Origin: an uncultured delta proteobacterium | GTDB taxonomy: Bacteria; Myxococcota_A; Polyangia; Polyangiales; B10-G4 | Length of the DNA stretch: 64,000 nucleotides | Assembly: GCA_963727445.1 (NCBI GenBank) | Contig: CAVSGI010000020.1 | Span: forward strand, 480,001 to 544,000 | Direction: 5' to 3' | In this document: positions 30,309-39,679 of the stretch, in pieces | Layout of the letters: the number at the start of each line of letters is the position of its first letter | How positions within the stretch are numbered: the stretch's first letter is position 1 | Notes under the pieces: generated by a model | The model's database searches: none | What the model was told of the DNA's origin: nothing | What the model saw: only the letters and a program-made list of their open reading frames with translations | Made by a program: the position numbers and the translations under genes

Positions 30309-33300
30309 CTATTCCGAGTCCGTGTCGTTGCCTCGGGGGGCGCCGAGGTCCGCGATTGTCGAGAGCTGCTGGTAAACCGAGAGCCGTCGCTCGGCGTGCT
30401 TCTGCGATTGCTTCACGAAGCGCTGGAACCGCGCCGGGTCGAGCCTCTCGACCATCCGGAAGCGTGATTCGAAGCGCATGTACTCCTCGACCCGGGTCGT
30501 CGGCGGGCCCGAGTCGAGCTGCAGCGGCGCCTCTCCCCCGCCCGAGCGCCGTGGGTCGAAGCGGTAGAGCGGCCACACTCCGGAGGTCACCGCGCGGCGC
30601 TGTTGGTCGAGGCCGAAGGCCAGATCGTAACCGTGGGCGATGCAGTGGCTGTAGGCGATGATCAGCGAGGTGCCCGGGAAGGCATCAGCTTCCCGAAAGA
30701 CCTTCACCAGCTGCTTGTTGTCCGCGCCGAACGCGACGTTCGCCACGTAGGCGTTGCCGTAGCTGATGGCCTCGAGGCCCAGGTCCTTCTTGGGGATTTC
30801 CTTGCCCGCCGCGGCGAACTTCGCCGATGCGCCGAGGGGCGTGGCCTTCGACTGCTGGCCGCCCGTGTTCGAGTAGACCTCGGTGTCGAGGACCAGGATG
30901 TTCACGTTTCGCCCCATCGCGACGACGTGGTCGAGGCCGCCGTACCCGATATCGTAGGCCCAGCCGTCGCCGCCGACGAGCCATACGCTCTTCGTGACGA
31001 GGTAGTCGACGAGGGCCCGGAGGTGTTCCGCAGCGGCGCCGCTCATCGTCCCGAGCTCGGACCTGAGGGACGCGACGCGCTGGCGCTGGGCGGCGATGCC
31101 GGCCTCGTCGGATTGGTCCGCTTCGAGGATCTCCGTGACCAGCGCGTCGCCGAGCTCACTCGAGAGCTCGCGCAAGAGCCGGCGTGCGTTGCCCGTGTGC
31201 TCGTCGACCGCGAGACGGAAACCGAAGCCGAACTCCGCGTTGTCCTCGAAGAGCGAGTTGGACCACGCGGGTCCGCGGCCATCGGCGTTGGTCGTGTAGG
31301 GCGTGGTCGGGAGGTTTCCGCCGTAGATGGAGGAGCAGCCGGTCGCGTTGGCGATGAGGGCGCGGTCCCCGAAGAGCTGTGTGAGCAGCTTGATGTACGG
31401 CGTCTCGCCGCAGCCGGCGCACGCCCCGGACGACTCGAAGAGTGGCATGAGGAACTGAGAGTGCTTCACGTCGAGGCGCTCCATCGTCGTCCGGTCCACG
31501 TCGGGGATGTCGAGAAAGAAGGCGTAGTTCTCGCGCTCCTGGGCCACGAGGGGCGCCTGCTCCGCCATGTCGATCGCCTTGTGGCGCGGGTTGGACTTGT
31601 CCTTCGCGGGGCAGACCTGGACGCAGAGCGTGCACCCCGTGCAGTCCTCGGGCGCGACCTGAAGGCTGTACTGAAGACCGCGGAAGTCCTTCGCTCTATA
31701 AGGGGTCGAGCGGAAGGTGTCCGGAGCGCCGGGGTTCGTCTCGGCGCTCCAGACCTTCGCGCGAATCGCCGCGTGGGGACAGACGAGGGTGCAGTGGTTG
31801 CACTGGATACAGATGGCCGGATCCCAGACGGGGATCTCCCGGGCGATGTTGCGCTTCTCCCACTTGCTGGTGCCGAGGGGCCACGTGCCGTCGACGGGGA
31901 AGGCGCTGACCGGCAAGAGATCGCCCTTGTTGGCGAGCATCACCGCGGTCACCCGCTGGACGAAGTCGGGGGCGGCATCGCTGACGATGGGCGGCCGGCT
32001 TCGGGTGCTGCTCACCGCGCTGGGCACCTTCACCTCGTGGAGGTGGGCGAGGGCTGCATCGACGGCGGCGAAGTTCTGCTTCACCACGGCGGGGCCACGC
32101 TTGCCGTAGGACTTCTCGATCGCGCCCTTGATGGCGTCGATCGCGGCTCGTCGCTCCATCACGTCGCTGATGGCGAAGAAGCAGGTCTGCATGATCGTGT
32201 TGATGCGGACGCCGAGGCCCGCGGAATCGGCCACGCCGTAGGCGTCGATGACGAAGAAGCGCAGGCCCTTTTCGATGATGGTCTCTTGCACATCGCGGGG
32301 GAGCTCGTCCCAGACCTCGTCGGGGCCGAACGGCGCGTTGAGCAGAAAGACGGCGCCCGGCAGGGCGTGCTCCAAGACGTCGTAGCGGTCGACGAAGCGA
32401 AACTGGTGACAGGCGACGAAGCTGGCGTGCCGGATCAGATACGCCGAGCGAATGGGGTCGGGTCCGAAGCGCAGGTGCGAGATGGTGACCGCCCCGGCCT
32501 TCTTCGAGTCGTAGACGAAGTAGCCCTGGGCGTGCATCTCGGTGTGTTGGCCGATGATCTTGATCGAGTTCTTGTTCGCCCCGACGGTGCCGTCGGCGCC
32601 GAGACCGTAGAAGATCGCCTGGACACCCTTCGAAGGGGCTTCGTCCACCTCCGGCAGGGGCAGCGACAGGTGCGTGACGTCGTCGACGATGCCGACGGTG
32701 AACCCATGGCGGGGGCGCGGGCCCTCGAGCTCGTCGAAGATCGCGTGCACACAAGCGGGAGTGAACTCCTTGGAGGAGAGCCCGTACCGACCGCCGACGA
32801 CGAGCGGCGTCTCGGCCCACGCTGCCTCACGCGTCTGATGCACCGCAGCCATCACGTCGAGGTAGAGCGGCTCCCCAATCGAACCGGGCTCCTTGGTCCT
32901 GTCGAGGACTGCGATCTTCGAGACCGACTTCGGCAGCGAAGAGACGAACGCCGACAAATCGAAGGGGCGGTAGAGGCGGACGACGAGCAGCCCGACCCTG
33001 TGACCCGCGGCGACCATGCGCTCGACGGTGTGCTGGGCGGTCTCGGCCCCGGAGCCCATCATGACCAGCACACGCTCGGCCTCCGGGTGTCCCACGTAGT
33101 CGAAGAGGTGGTAGCGGCGCCCCGTGAGCTCGCCGAACCGGTCCATCGCCTTCTGCATCTCGGCGGGGCAGGCCAGGTAGTGCCCGTTACAGGCCTCTCG
33201 GGCCTGAAAGAACGTGTCGGGGTTCTGCGCCGTCCCGCGCACCACCGGTCGGTCCGGCGTCAGCGCGCGCGCGCGATGTTCTTGGACGTGGGCGTCGTCG

Positions 33301-33887
33301 ATCATCGACCGGAGATCGTCGTCGCTCAGCTCCTCGATCTTGGCGACCTCGTGGGAGGTGCGGAAACCGTCGAAGAAGTGGATGAAGGGCACCCGAGACG
33401 CCAGCGTCGCGGACTGCGCGATGGCGGCGAAGTCGTGCGCCTCTTGGACCGAGCGCGAGCAGAGCATGCCGAAGCCGCTCTGCCGAACGGCCATCACGTC
33501 GGAGTGGTCGCCGAAGATGCTCAGGGCGTGGGTAGCGACCGTCCGCGAGGCGACGTGCATGCAGAACGACGTCAGCTCCCCCGCGATCTTGTAGAGGTTG
33601 GGCAGCATCAGGAGCAGCCCCTGTGATGCGGTGAAGGTCGTGGTGAGGGCCCCCGCCTGGAGCGCGCCGTGCACCGTCCCGGCAGCCCCCGCCTCCGATT
33701 GCATCTCCGCGACCTCGGGTACCGTCCCCCAGATGTTCGTCCGCCCCTGAGCCGACCAGGCGTCGGCGTGCTCACCGATGGGCGAAGCGGGGGTGATCGG
33801 ATAGATGGCGATCACCTCGTTGGTGCGGTGAGCGACCGACGCGACAGCCTCGTTGCCGTCGACGGTGACGAATCTCCGGGTGCGCAT
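30309..33887 (-). CDS. nifJ: Pyruvate:ferredoxin (flavodoxin) oxidoreductase, single-chain
   Basis: DGNEA, YPITP, EMQSEAGAAG, GGRYGLSSKEF, CIQCNHCTLVCP, CTGCTLCVQVCP, GACAGCGE, GGDGWAYDIG, DTEVYSNTGGQ. Confidence 0.97.
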   Translation of the reverse strand: MRTRRFVTVDGNEAVASVAHRTNEVIAIYPITPASPIGEHADAWSAQGRTNIWGTVPEVAEMQSEAGAAGTVHGALQAGALTTTFTASQGLLLMLPNLYKIAGELTSFCMHVASRTVATHALSIFGDHSDVMAVRQSGFGMLCSRSVQEAHDFAAIAQSATLASRVPFIHFFDGFRTSHEVAKIEELSDDDLRSMIDDAHVQEHRARALTPDRPVVRGTAQNPDTFFQAREACNGHYLACPAEMQKAMDRFGELTGRRYHLFDYVGHPEAERVLVMMGSGAETAQHTVERMVAAGHRVGLLVVRLYRPFDLSAFVSSLPKSVSKIAVLDRTKEPGSIGEPLYLDVMAAVHQTREAAWAETPLVVGGRYGLSSKEFTPACVHAIFDELEGPRPRHGFTVGIVDDVTHLSLPLPEVDEAPSKGVQAIFYGLGADGTVGANKNSIKIIGQHTEMHAQGYFVYDSKKAGAVTISHLRFGPDPIRSAYLIRHASFVACHQFRFVDRYDVLEHALPGAVFLLNAPFGPDEVWDELPRDVQETIIEKGLRFFVIDAYGVADSAGLGVRINTIMQTCFFAISDVMERRAAIDAIKGAIEKSYGKRGPAVVKQNFAAVDAALAHLHEVKVPSAVSSTRSRPPIVSDAAPDFVQRVTAVMLANKGDLLPVSAFPVDGTWPLGTSKWEKRNIAREIPVWDPAICIQCNHCTLVCPHAAIRAKVWSAETNPGAPDTFRSTPYRAKDFRGLQYSLQVAPEDCTGCTLCVQVCPAKDKSNPRHKAIDMAEQAPLVAQERENYAFFLDIPDVDRTTMERLDVKHSQFLMPLFESSGACAGCGETPYIKLLTQLFGDRALIANATGCSSIYGGNLPTTPYTTNADGRGPAWSNSLFEDNAEFGFGFRLAVDEHTGNARRLLRELSSELGDALVTEILEADQSDEAGIAAQRQRVASLRSELGTMSGAAAEHLRALVDYLVTKSVWLVGGDGWAYDIGYGGLDHVVAMGRNVNILVLDTEVYSNTGGQQSKATPLGASAKFAAAGKEIPKKDLGLEAISYGNAYVANVAFGADNKQLVKVFREADAFPGTSLIIAYSHCIAHGYDLAFGLDQQRRAVTSGVWPLYRFDPRRSGGGEAPLQLDSGPPTTRVEEYMRFESRFRMVERLDPARFQRFVKQSQKHAERRLSVYQQLSTIADLGAPRGNDTDSE

Positions 33888-34086
33888 GTGGGACAAGTGT
33901 CCGCAAACGTGGCCCGCCGCAAGCGCCGAAAAGGCTCCCGTTTCAGACGGTAGCGACGCGAGCGACGATGGGAGCTCGTCGGACCGACGCGCTCGTCATC
34001 GTCCCCTTCCGGCGCTGTCCTCACACGCGATGGCATGACGTTTGGGAGGCGATAATTTCCAAGGAGGGCATGTGATCATCGGTTCA

Positions 34087-34599
34087 ATGCCCGTGCATCA
34101 CCTCAAAGCGGTCGTGCTCGCCCTCTGGGCCGTGACCATCGCCTCCGGCGCCGTGGCCCAATCGATCCCGGGCACTCTCCCCAATCGCCTCGAGGTGACC
34201 CTCGAGCGCCCGGACGTGGATGACGCGTTCTTGCAACTCACCTTCGAGCGTTCCGGTGAGACGGCGGAGATCGTGGGCTGCCAGACACGCGCGCGGAACG
34301 TTGGCTGTCGCGCCACGCGCCGAATCACGCTCGACGCCCGCCAGACCGCGGCTCTCGAGGCGAGATGGCGTCGGCTCGCCGGCGGTGCGCGCTGCCGCAT
34401 CCGTCGACCTGAGGGCAACTGGAAGCCCTTCAACGTGGAGTGGACCGACGGAAGCATACGCGGCGAGGTGTACGAACGTGGCGACCGGGGTCTCTCCGCT
34501 CGATGCTTCGCCGCCGAACGGTTGGGCGGGTTCTTCCTCCGGGTGTGGACTCAGCGCCGGGAGGCCTCGACGACGGCGCAACGGAGGCGCGGCGGATAG
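34087..34599 (+). CDS. Secreted hypothetical protein
   Basis: Signal peptide AVA/Q; four Cys. Confidence 0.6.
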   Translation: MPVHHLKAVVLALWAVTIASGAVAQSIPGTLPNRLEVTLERPDVDDAFLQLTFERSGETAEIVGCQTRARNVGCRATRRITLDARQTAALEARWRRLAGGARCRIRRPEGNWKPFNVEWTDGSIRGEVYERGDRGLSARCFAAERLGGFFLRVWTQRREASTTAQRRRGG

Positions 34600-34768
34600 T
34601 CTGTCGCCGGTGCAAGTCATTCCGGTTTGGGGGCTCTGAGTCCGTCGACGTCGCTAGGTCAGCGCCACGCCGGGTGGCGACGACCTCACGGGCCTCGAGA
34701 CACTGGGCCACCCGCAAAGGGACGCGACCGCCGTGCACCAGGGTTGCACGCCGGGCTAGACTGCCTCC

Positions 34769-35366
34769 ATGACGAGCCGAGCCCCGGCATTCGTGGCCTT
34801 CGTCCTCCTCGCGTGCGCGTGCGGGGCGCGGTCGGGTACACTCGTCGAGAGCTCCGGTGAAGACGGTGGCACGGACTCGGCGATGGCGACCGACTCCGCC
34901 CGGGTGGATGGGTCGTCCCCGCCCCCCCCACCGCCGCCTACGTGTGTCGCCAGCGACGACGCCGGCGAGTTCTTCGGGGCGGTCCCCGGATTCGACATCG
35001 CGTTTCCATACGTGGTCGCCGGCGTCGAGCCAGACGGCGCCCACAGCTGCCCGCGGCTCTTCATCCGCGCGGGAGACGCGCCGGACTTCTCCGGAGCGAA
35101 GCTCGAGAATCGAGGTGCCCCTCGGAGACGACGCCCGCACCCCCGGGGTCTACCCCGGCCAGCTCACCGTCTTCCCGCCGGACGGCGCCATCTGGACCGA
35201 AGAGGTGCGCGTCGACGTCGTACGGGTAGACGGGCTCTTCGACACGATGGTCCCGATGGACGAATGGCGCGCCACCGCGCGTCTATCGCATCACGACGCG
35301 ACCACCGATCTGGACGGCACCGTCGCCGCCGCGCCGTATTGCTACGACTTCGCGATCTGTATTTGA
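34769..35366 (+). CDS. Hypothetical lipoprotein; +1 frameshift at ~35108
   Basis: LACACG lipobox in ORF 34769; continues IEVPLGDD...CYDFAICI after deleting one A in GAATC 35107-35111. Confidence 0.7.
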
Positions 35367-35446
35367 GCTGGCCGAATGGCCTACGAGGCACTCGGGCGCA
35401 CGACGCCGATGGATGAGCGCGGAGCTGGGACACCCGACCCCCTGCC

Positions 35447-38072
35447 ATGCGCTACGATGTCGTCGTAGTGCCTCGCGTGGTTCTCTCAGCCGTCCTCCTC
35501 TCGACAATCGCGATGCTCGCGGCGTGCGGCGACGACGTCTCGGAGGGACCGGCGGATGGGGACGCGGGCGTCGTTCCCGATGGCTCGTTTCCGGACGTCG
35601 GGGTCGACTTCGAGATCGCCCCGCCCGAAGCGCCCGCCGCACCGGAGCTGCCGCGGCTCTCGCCTTGCCCCGAGGGGTGGACCGAGGTGCCCGGCACCGA
35701 TGGTGGCCCCACCGTGTGCGAGCCGTGGTCCGGGAGCGCGGAGTGCGCCGATGACGAGGCGCGTTTCCCCGGCGAGGGGTGCGCCGCGATCGGTCCCGCG
35801 TGTCCGCCTGGGCGCTTCGCCGCGGACGTCCCGGCCAGCGCGCTTCACGTCGATCCGGATGCACCCTCCGGCGGCGATGGGACGGCCGCGTCGCCTTTCA
35901 ACACGATCGCCGAAGCCCTGGCGGCGGCATCCGACGGTGACGTGATCGCGCTGTCGAAGGGCCGCCACGTGCCCCCTGGAGCCGTCGACGTGGCCGTGGA
36001 GATCCGCGGTGCTTGCGTCGGGGAGACCCTCCTCGCATGCGATCCTCCCGACACGACGACCCTCGCCGTTCAGATTCGGCGTTCGAACACGACGATTCGA
36101 GATCTGCATCTCACCGGTTGTCGCACAGGATTCTGGATCGCTCCCGAGGACGCACCCGACTACACAATCGATTCCGTCCTCGTATCCAACACGTTGCGAA
36201 CGGCGCTGGCCGCTTTCGGCGGGCATGGGACCCTTTCGAGCTTCGTGGTTCGCGATACGCGAGGCAGCGCCACCGACGACCAGGATGGGCGAGGGATCGT
36301 GGTGAACATGGGCGCAGAGGTCGTCGCCCAACGAGTCGCCGTCGAGCGGGCCGTGGGGTTTCCGGCGTGGGCCTACGGCGACGGGTCGCTCCTCGAGGTC
36401 GAGGACATCGCGGTGCGCGAGTCCGCGCCCTCCGGTATGAGCGGCTTCGACGGCGCCGGGCTCCTCGCGAACATGGGCGGCACGATCATCGCTCGTCGGG
36501 CGGTCCTCGAGGACAATCACCGCACCGGCGCGAACGCGCACTACGGCGGCATCATGGAGCTCGAGGACGTCGTCGTGCGTCGAACCCTCGTACAAGCGGG
36601 AGACGGCGCGTACGGAATGGCGTTCGTCGCCGGCGAGGGCTCGAGCCTCGAGATTCGCCGCGGATGGACACGAGACAATCCCCTCGGGGGAGCATGGGTG
36701 CGTGACGAGGGCTCGACGGTGACCATCGAAGATCTGGTCGTCCAGAATTCCCCCGGACATCCATCCAACGGCCTCGGCGGATTCGGGATCGCCGCCTATC
36801 AGCAGGGGCAGATGACCGCCTCGAGAGTGTGGGTGGAGGATTTGTCGGGTGTCGCGGCCATCGCCATGAGTGCCGGCTCGGCTCTCGACGCATCGGACCT
36901 CACGGCGAAGGGCATCATCGGCTTTCCGGGCACGGGGGAGCTCGGCGGCGGCGTCGTAATCGCGCTCGAAGCGGTCGGCGCGGTGCGACGCGCATCGGTC
37001 GAAGATGCACGGCTCACGGCGTACGCCGCGGTCACGGGGACGCTCGATCTCGAAGACGCCCAGGCTCGGCAGATTCACGAGCAGGACAGCGATGGGGCTC
37101 CGGCGTGCGCGTTCTGCTCGACCGAGGCGGGCACGATGACGCTCACTCGTGCGGTCGCCGACGAGATCTCGGGTGGCGCCGTCGCAACCGGGAGGCTCGA
37201 GATGCCGGGTGCGGTCCTGACGGGAAGCGACGTCCGGATCACGAACGTGCATGATGTCGCGGGCTCTGCTGCCGGGCTCAGCAACACCGACGGGAAGATG
37301 GAGCTGTCGCGCGTCTGGATCGAGGGCGCGACCATCGCGGGGGTCATCGGCACCGGCGCAGACGCCGTCTTGGAGCTCTCGGACCTGGTCATCCGCGACA
37401 TCCGAGCTCGAGATCTCCGACGGGTCCGCCGGCTACGGCGTTTCACTCACGGATGGCGTCACCGCCCACCTGACACGCACCCTGGTCTCCGAGGCTACGA
37501 CCGTCGGCCTGCTGCTCTCCGGCGCCGATCTCGACATCGAGACCGCGGTCATCCGCAATATGCGGGCAAACAGAGGCGGGACCCGTGCGCGCGGCTTCGA
37601 AGCGCAGGGTGGAGCACAGGTGACGGCCGCGGACCTCGCAGTCGAAGGGGCCGGTGACCACGGGATCATTCTCTTCGAGGCGGGAACGGAGCTGTCCGGG
37701 CGACAGGTCGAGGTTCGCGACACCGCCGGTGCACCCTGCGATCCCGCGGATTGCAACGTCTTCGGGATGGGCGTCTCCGTGCTGGACGATGCCCACGCGA
37801 GCCTCGAGGACTTCGTCGTCACGCGCAGCGCGCTCTGTGGCGTGCGGCTTGCCCGAGGAGGCACGGCCGATCTGAGCCGCGGGGAGGTCTCCTATGGGGT
37901 CATCGGCGCCAACGTGCAGACGGAGGGCTTCGACGTCGAGCGGTTGTCGATGGAAGTCAGCTACCACCACAACGAGACGAACCTCGATGCGGTGATGCTT
38001 CCCGTGCCTCAGGTCGCCCAACAGGCGACCCCGTTCACGCTCCCGACCCTGGAGTCACCACTTGTGCCCTGA
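35447..38072 (+). CDS. Right-handed parallel beta-helix repeat lipoprotein; +1 frameshift at ~37411
   Basis: LAAC lipobox; GDGTAASPF; same N- and C-terminal motifs as 24775-27156 (IGANVQ..GFD..RL...VSY..N..NLD). Confidence 0.8.
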
Positions 38073-38181
38073 AGACCGGGGGGCCTCGTGCCTCGTCAAC
38101 GCCCGTCGGCCACGCACGTCCGATCCCGCCATTCGCCCTCGCTCCGCTGTCGTCATCCCCGGTACGCCAGAAGGGGACGCG

Positions 38182-38364
38182 ATGGTCCTAGAGCACGAGA
38201 TGCGGAACGAGACGGCCGCACTGCGTGCGGGTCGCGGCAGCGTCGACCGAGCCGACGAGCTCCTCGCGGGCGCCGGACGCCTGCGCTTGCACCTGCCCGC
38301 GTCTTTTCAAGCCGAGATTCAGCGGGGCCGTCACGGAGCTCGCCGCTGCGCGGACGACGGTTGA
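38182..38364 (+). CDS. Small hypothetical protein (60 aa)
   Basis: AAGGGG RBS before ATG; fills an intergenic gap. Confidence 0.35.
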   Translation: MVLEHEMRNETAALRAGRGSVDRADELLAGAGRLRLHLPASFQAEIQRGRHGARRCADDG

Positions 38365-38370
38365 GCGCGC

Positions 38371-38970
38371 TCACCGAGCGGAGTCGCTCGTCACTTCGAT
38401 GTCGTAGTAGACGGTGCGTCTCGGTTCCATGAAGAGGAGCAGGGACGTGTGACCGGGGGAACGACCCTCCAAGAACATCGTGCGACCGTCCTCGGTGATC
38501 GTATTCGCCACGACGTTTCCCGGACCTTCGGAGTAGGCCCTCATCCCGGTGGCGGGCATCTGGAACCGCTCGCCGATGGAGAGCACGATCTGGTGCGTTT
38601 CGTCGAAGACCCCCAAGGGGATCCGTGGAGCGTCCCGCCGAACCACGATGCGAAAGCTCTCGGAATCGAATCGGCGGTCGACGCGCAGCAGCACTCGACC
38701 CTCGTGCAGGCCGACGACGACGAACTGCACGGCGTCCGGAGACACCTTGACCCGTACGGCGTCACCGCCTTCGACGAGGAGATAGGACTGCGCATCGCGC
38801 GCCGACAGGAGTCGCTGCCCGCCAACGGCAAGCGCCACCTCGGACGTGTCGGCCTCGCTCGTCGGCTCCGCTGCCTCGATGTCCGGTCCCGAGCATGCGA
38901 GGAGGACGAGCGAGAGCGCACAGCCTCCGACCACATCGACGACGAGAGTCGCAATGTGACACCTGGGCAC
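38371..38970 (-). CDS. Lipoprotein with two pilus-formation N-terminal (T2SS-T3SS_pil_N-like) repeats
   Basis: LLAC lipobox; repeats LAVGGQ...VVVGLHEG and LSIGER...LEGRSPGHTSLLL. Confidence 0.65.
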   Translation of the reverse strand: MPRCHIATLVVDVVGGCALSLVLLACSGPDIEAAEPTSEADTSEVALAVGGQRLLSARDAQSYLLVEGGDAVRVKVSPDAVQFVVVGLHEGRVLLRVDRRFDSESFRIVVRRDAPRIPLGVFDETHQIVLSIGERFQMPATGMRAYSEGPGNVVANTITEDGRTMFLEGRSPGHTSLLLFMEPRRTVYYDIEVTSDSAR

Positions 38971-39058
38971 CAGCCAATACTACTCCATCGGGCGCCGTGG
39001 GCGTGCTCGGCGCCGGGACTGATGACCGGCACGCGCGGCCCGTGGTAGTCGAGAGCAC

Positions 39059-39265
39059 ATGACCGACTCCGGAACGTGGATGCTCTGCAGCTCTTGCCGC
39101 AAGCCGATCGCCTATGACACCGACTACTACGCGTGCAGCGTCTCGACCTGCAATCGCAAGCGGCTTCCGTTGTACTTCTGTTCGCTCGAGTGCTGGGACG
39201 CACATCTTCCCGGCGCACGTCACCGCGATGCGTGGGCGGAGGAGAAGCGAAGCCCGAAGCGCTGA
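39059..39265 (+). CDS. Small Cys/His zinc-finger protein (ZZ-like)
   Basis: W..CSSCRKPI....YYACSVSTCNRKR....FCSLECWDAH.P..RHRDAWAEE. Confidence 0.8.
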   Translation: MTDSGTWMLCSSCRKPIAYDTDYYACSVSTCNRKRLPLYFCSLECWDAHLPGARHRDAWAEEKRSPKR

Positions 39266-39388
39266 GCAAATCGCAGAGAGACGTTCGACGCGAGTCCAGC
39301 GCCGGAGTCGCACCTTCCTGCTCGTACGCGGATACATGGCGAGACGCCAACGGTTGTCCACGCCGAGTTGGACCCTACGGGAATTTCG

Positions 39389-39672
39389 ATGACGACATAC
39401 GCTGCAACTTTCGACCTGGGCGCCACCCAGAGCGTTTCGCCAGAGCGCGAAGCGCCGCCAGAGATCCAGCCTCCCGGTCCCCAACCACCAGCCGCCGAGC
39501 CCCCCGGGCCCACACCCCCCGAGATTCGGCCGCCTGGAACGCCGCCGCCCGAGGAATCGAGCCACCTCGCCGCTCGCCACCGGACATTGAGCCTCCCGAA
39601 ATCGAGCCCCCCGAGACCGAGCCGCCCGAGACCGAGCCGCCCTCGCGGGAGCCCAATCGTCATCCACGATGA
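39389..39672 (+). CDS. Small Pro-rich pentapeptide-repeat protein (EIxPP/ETEPP); apparent +2 frameshift at ~39554
   Basis: EIQPP, EIRPP in one frame; IEPP, DIEPP, EIEPP, ETEPP, ETEPP in another; 15-bp tandem units at ~39583-39642. Confidence 0.5.
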
Positions 39673-39679
39673 ACGACAA

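Noticed and set aside
39583..39642. 15-bp repeats (and the 12.9-kb repeats) as a CRISPR array
   Set aside because: No unique spacers, too few and too short, and no cas genes.
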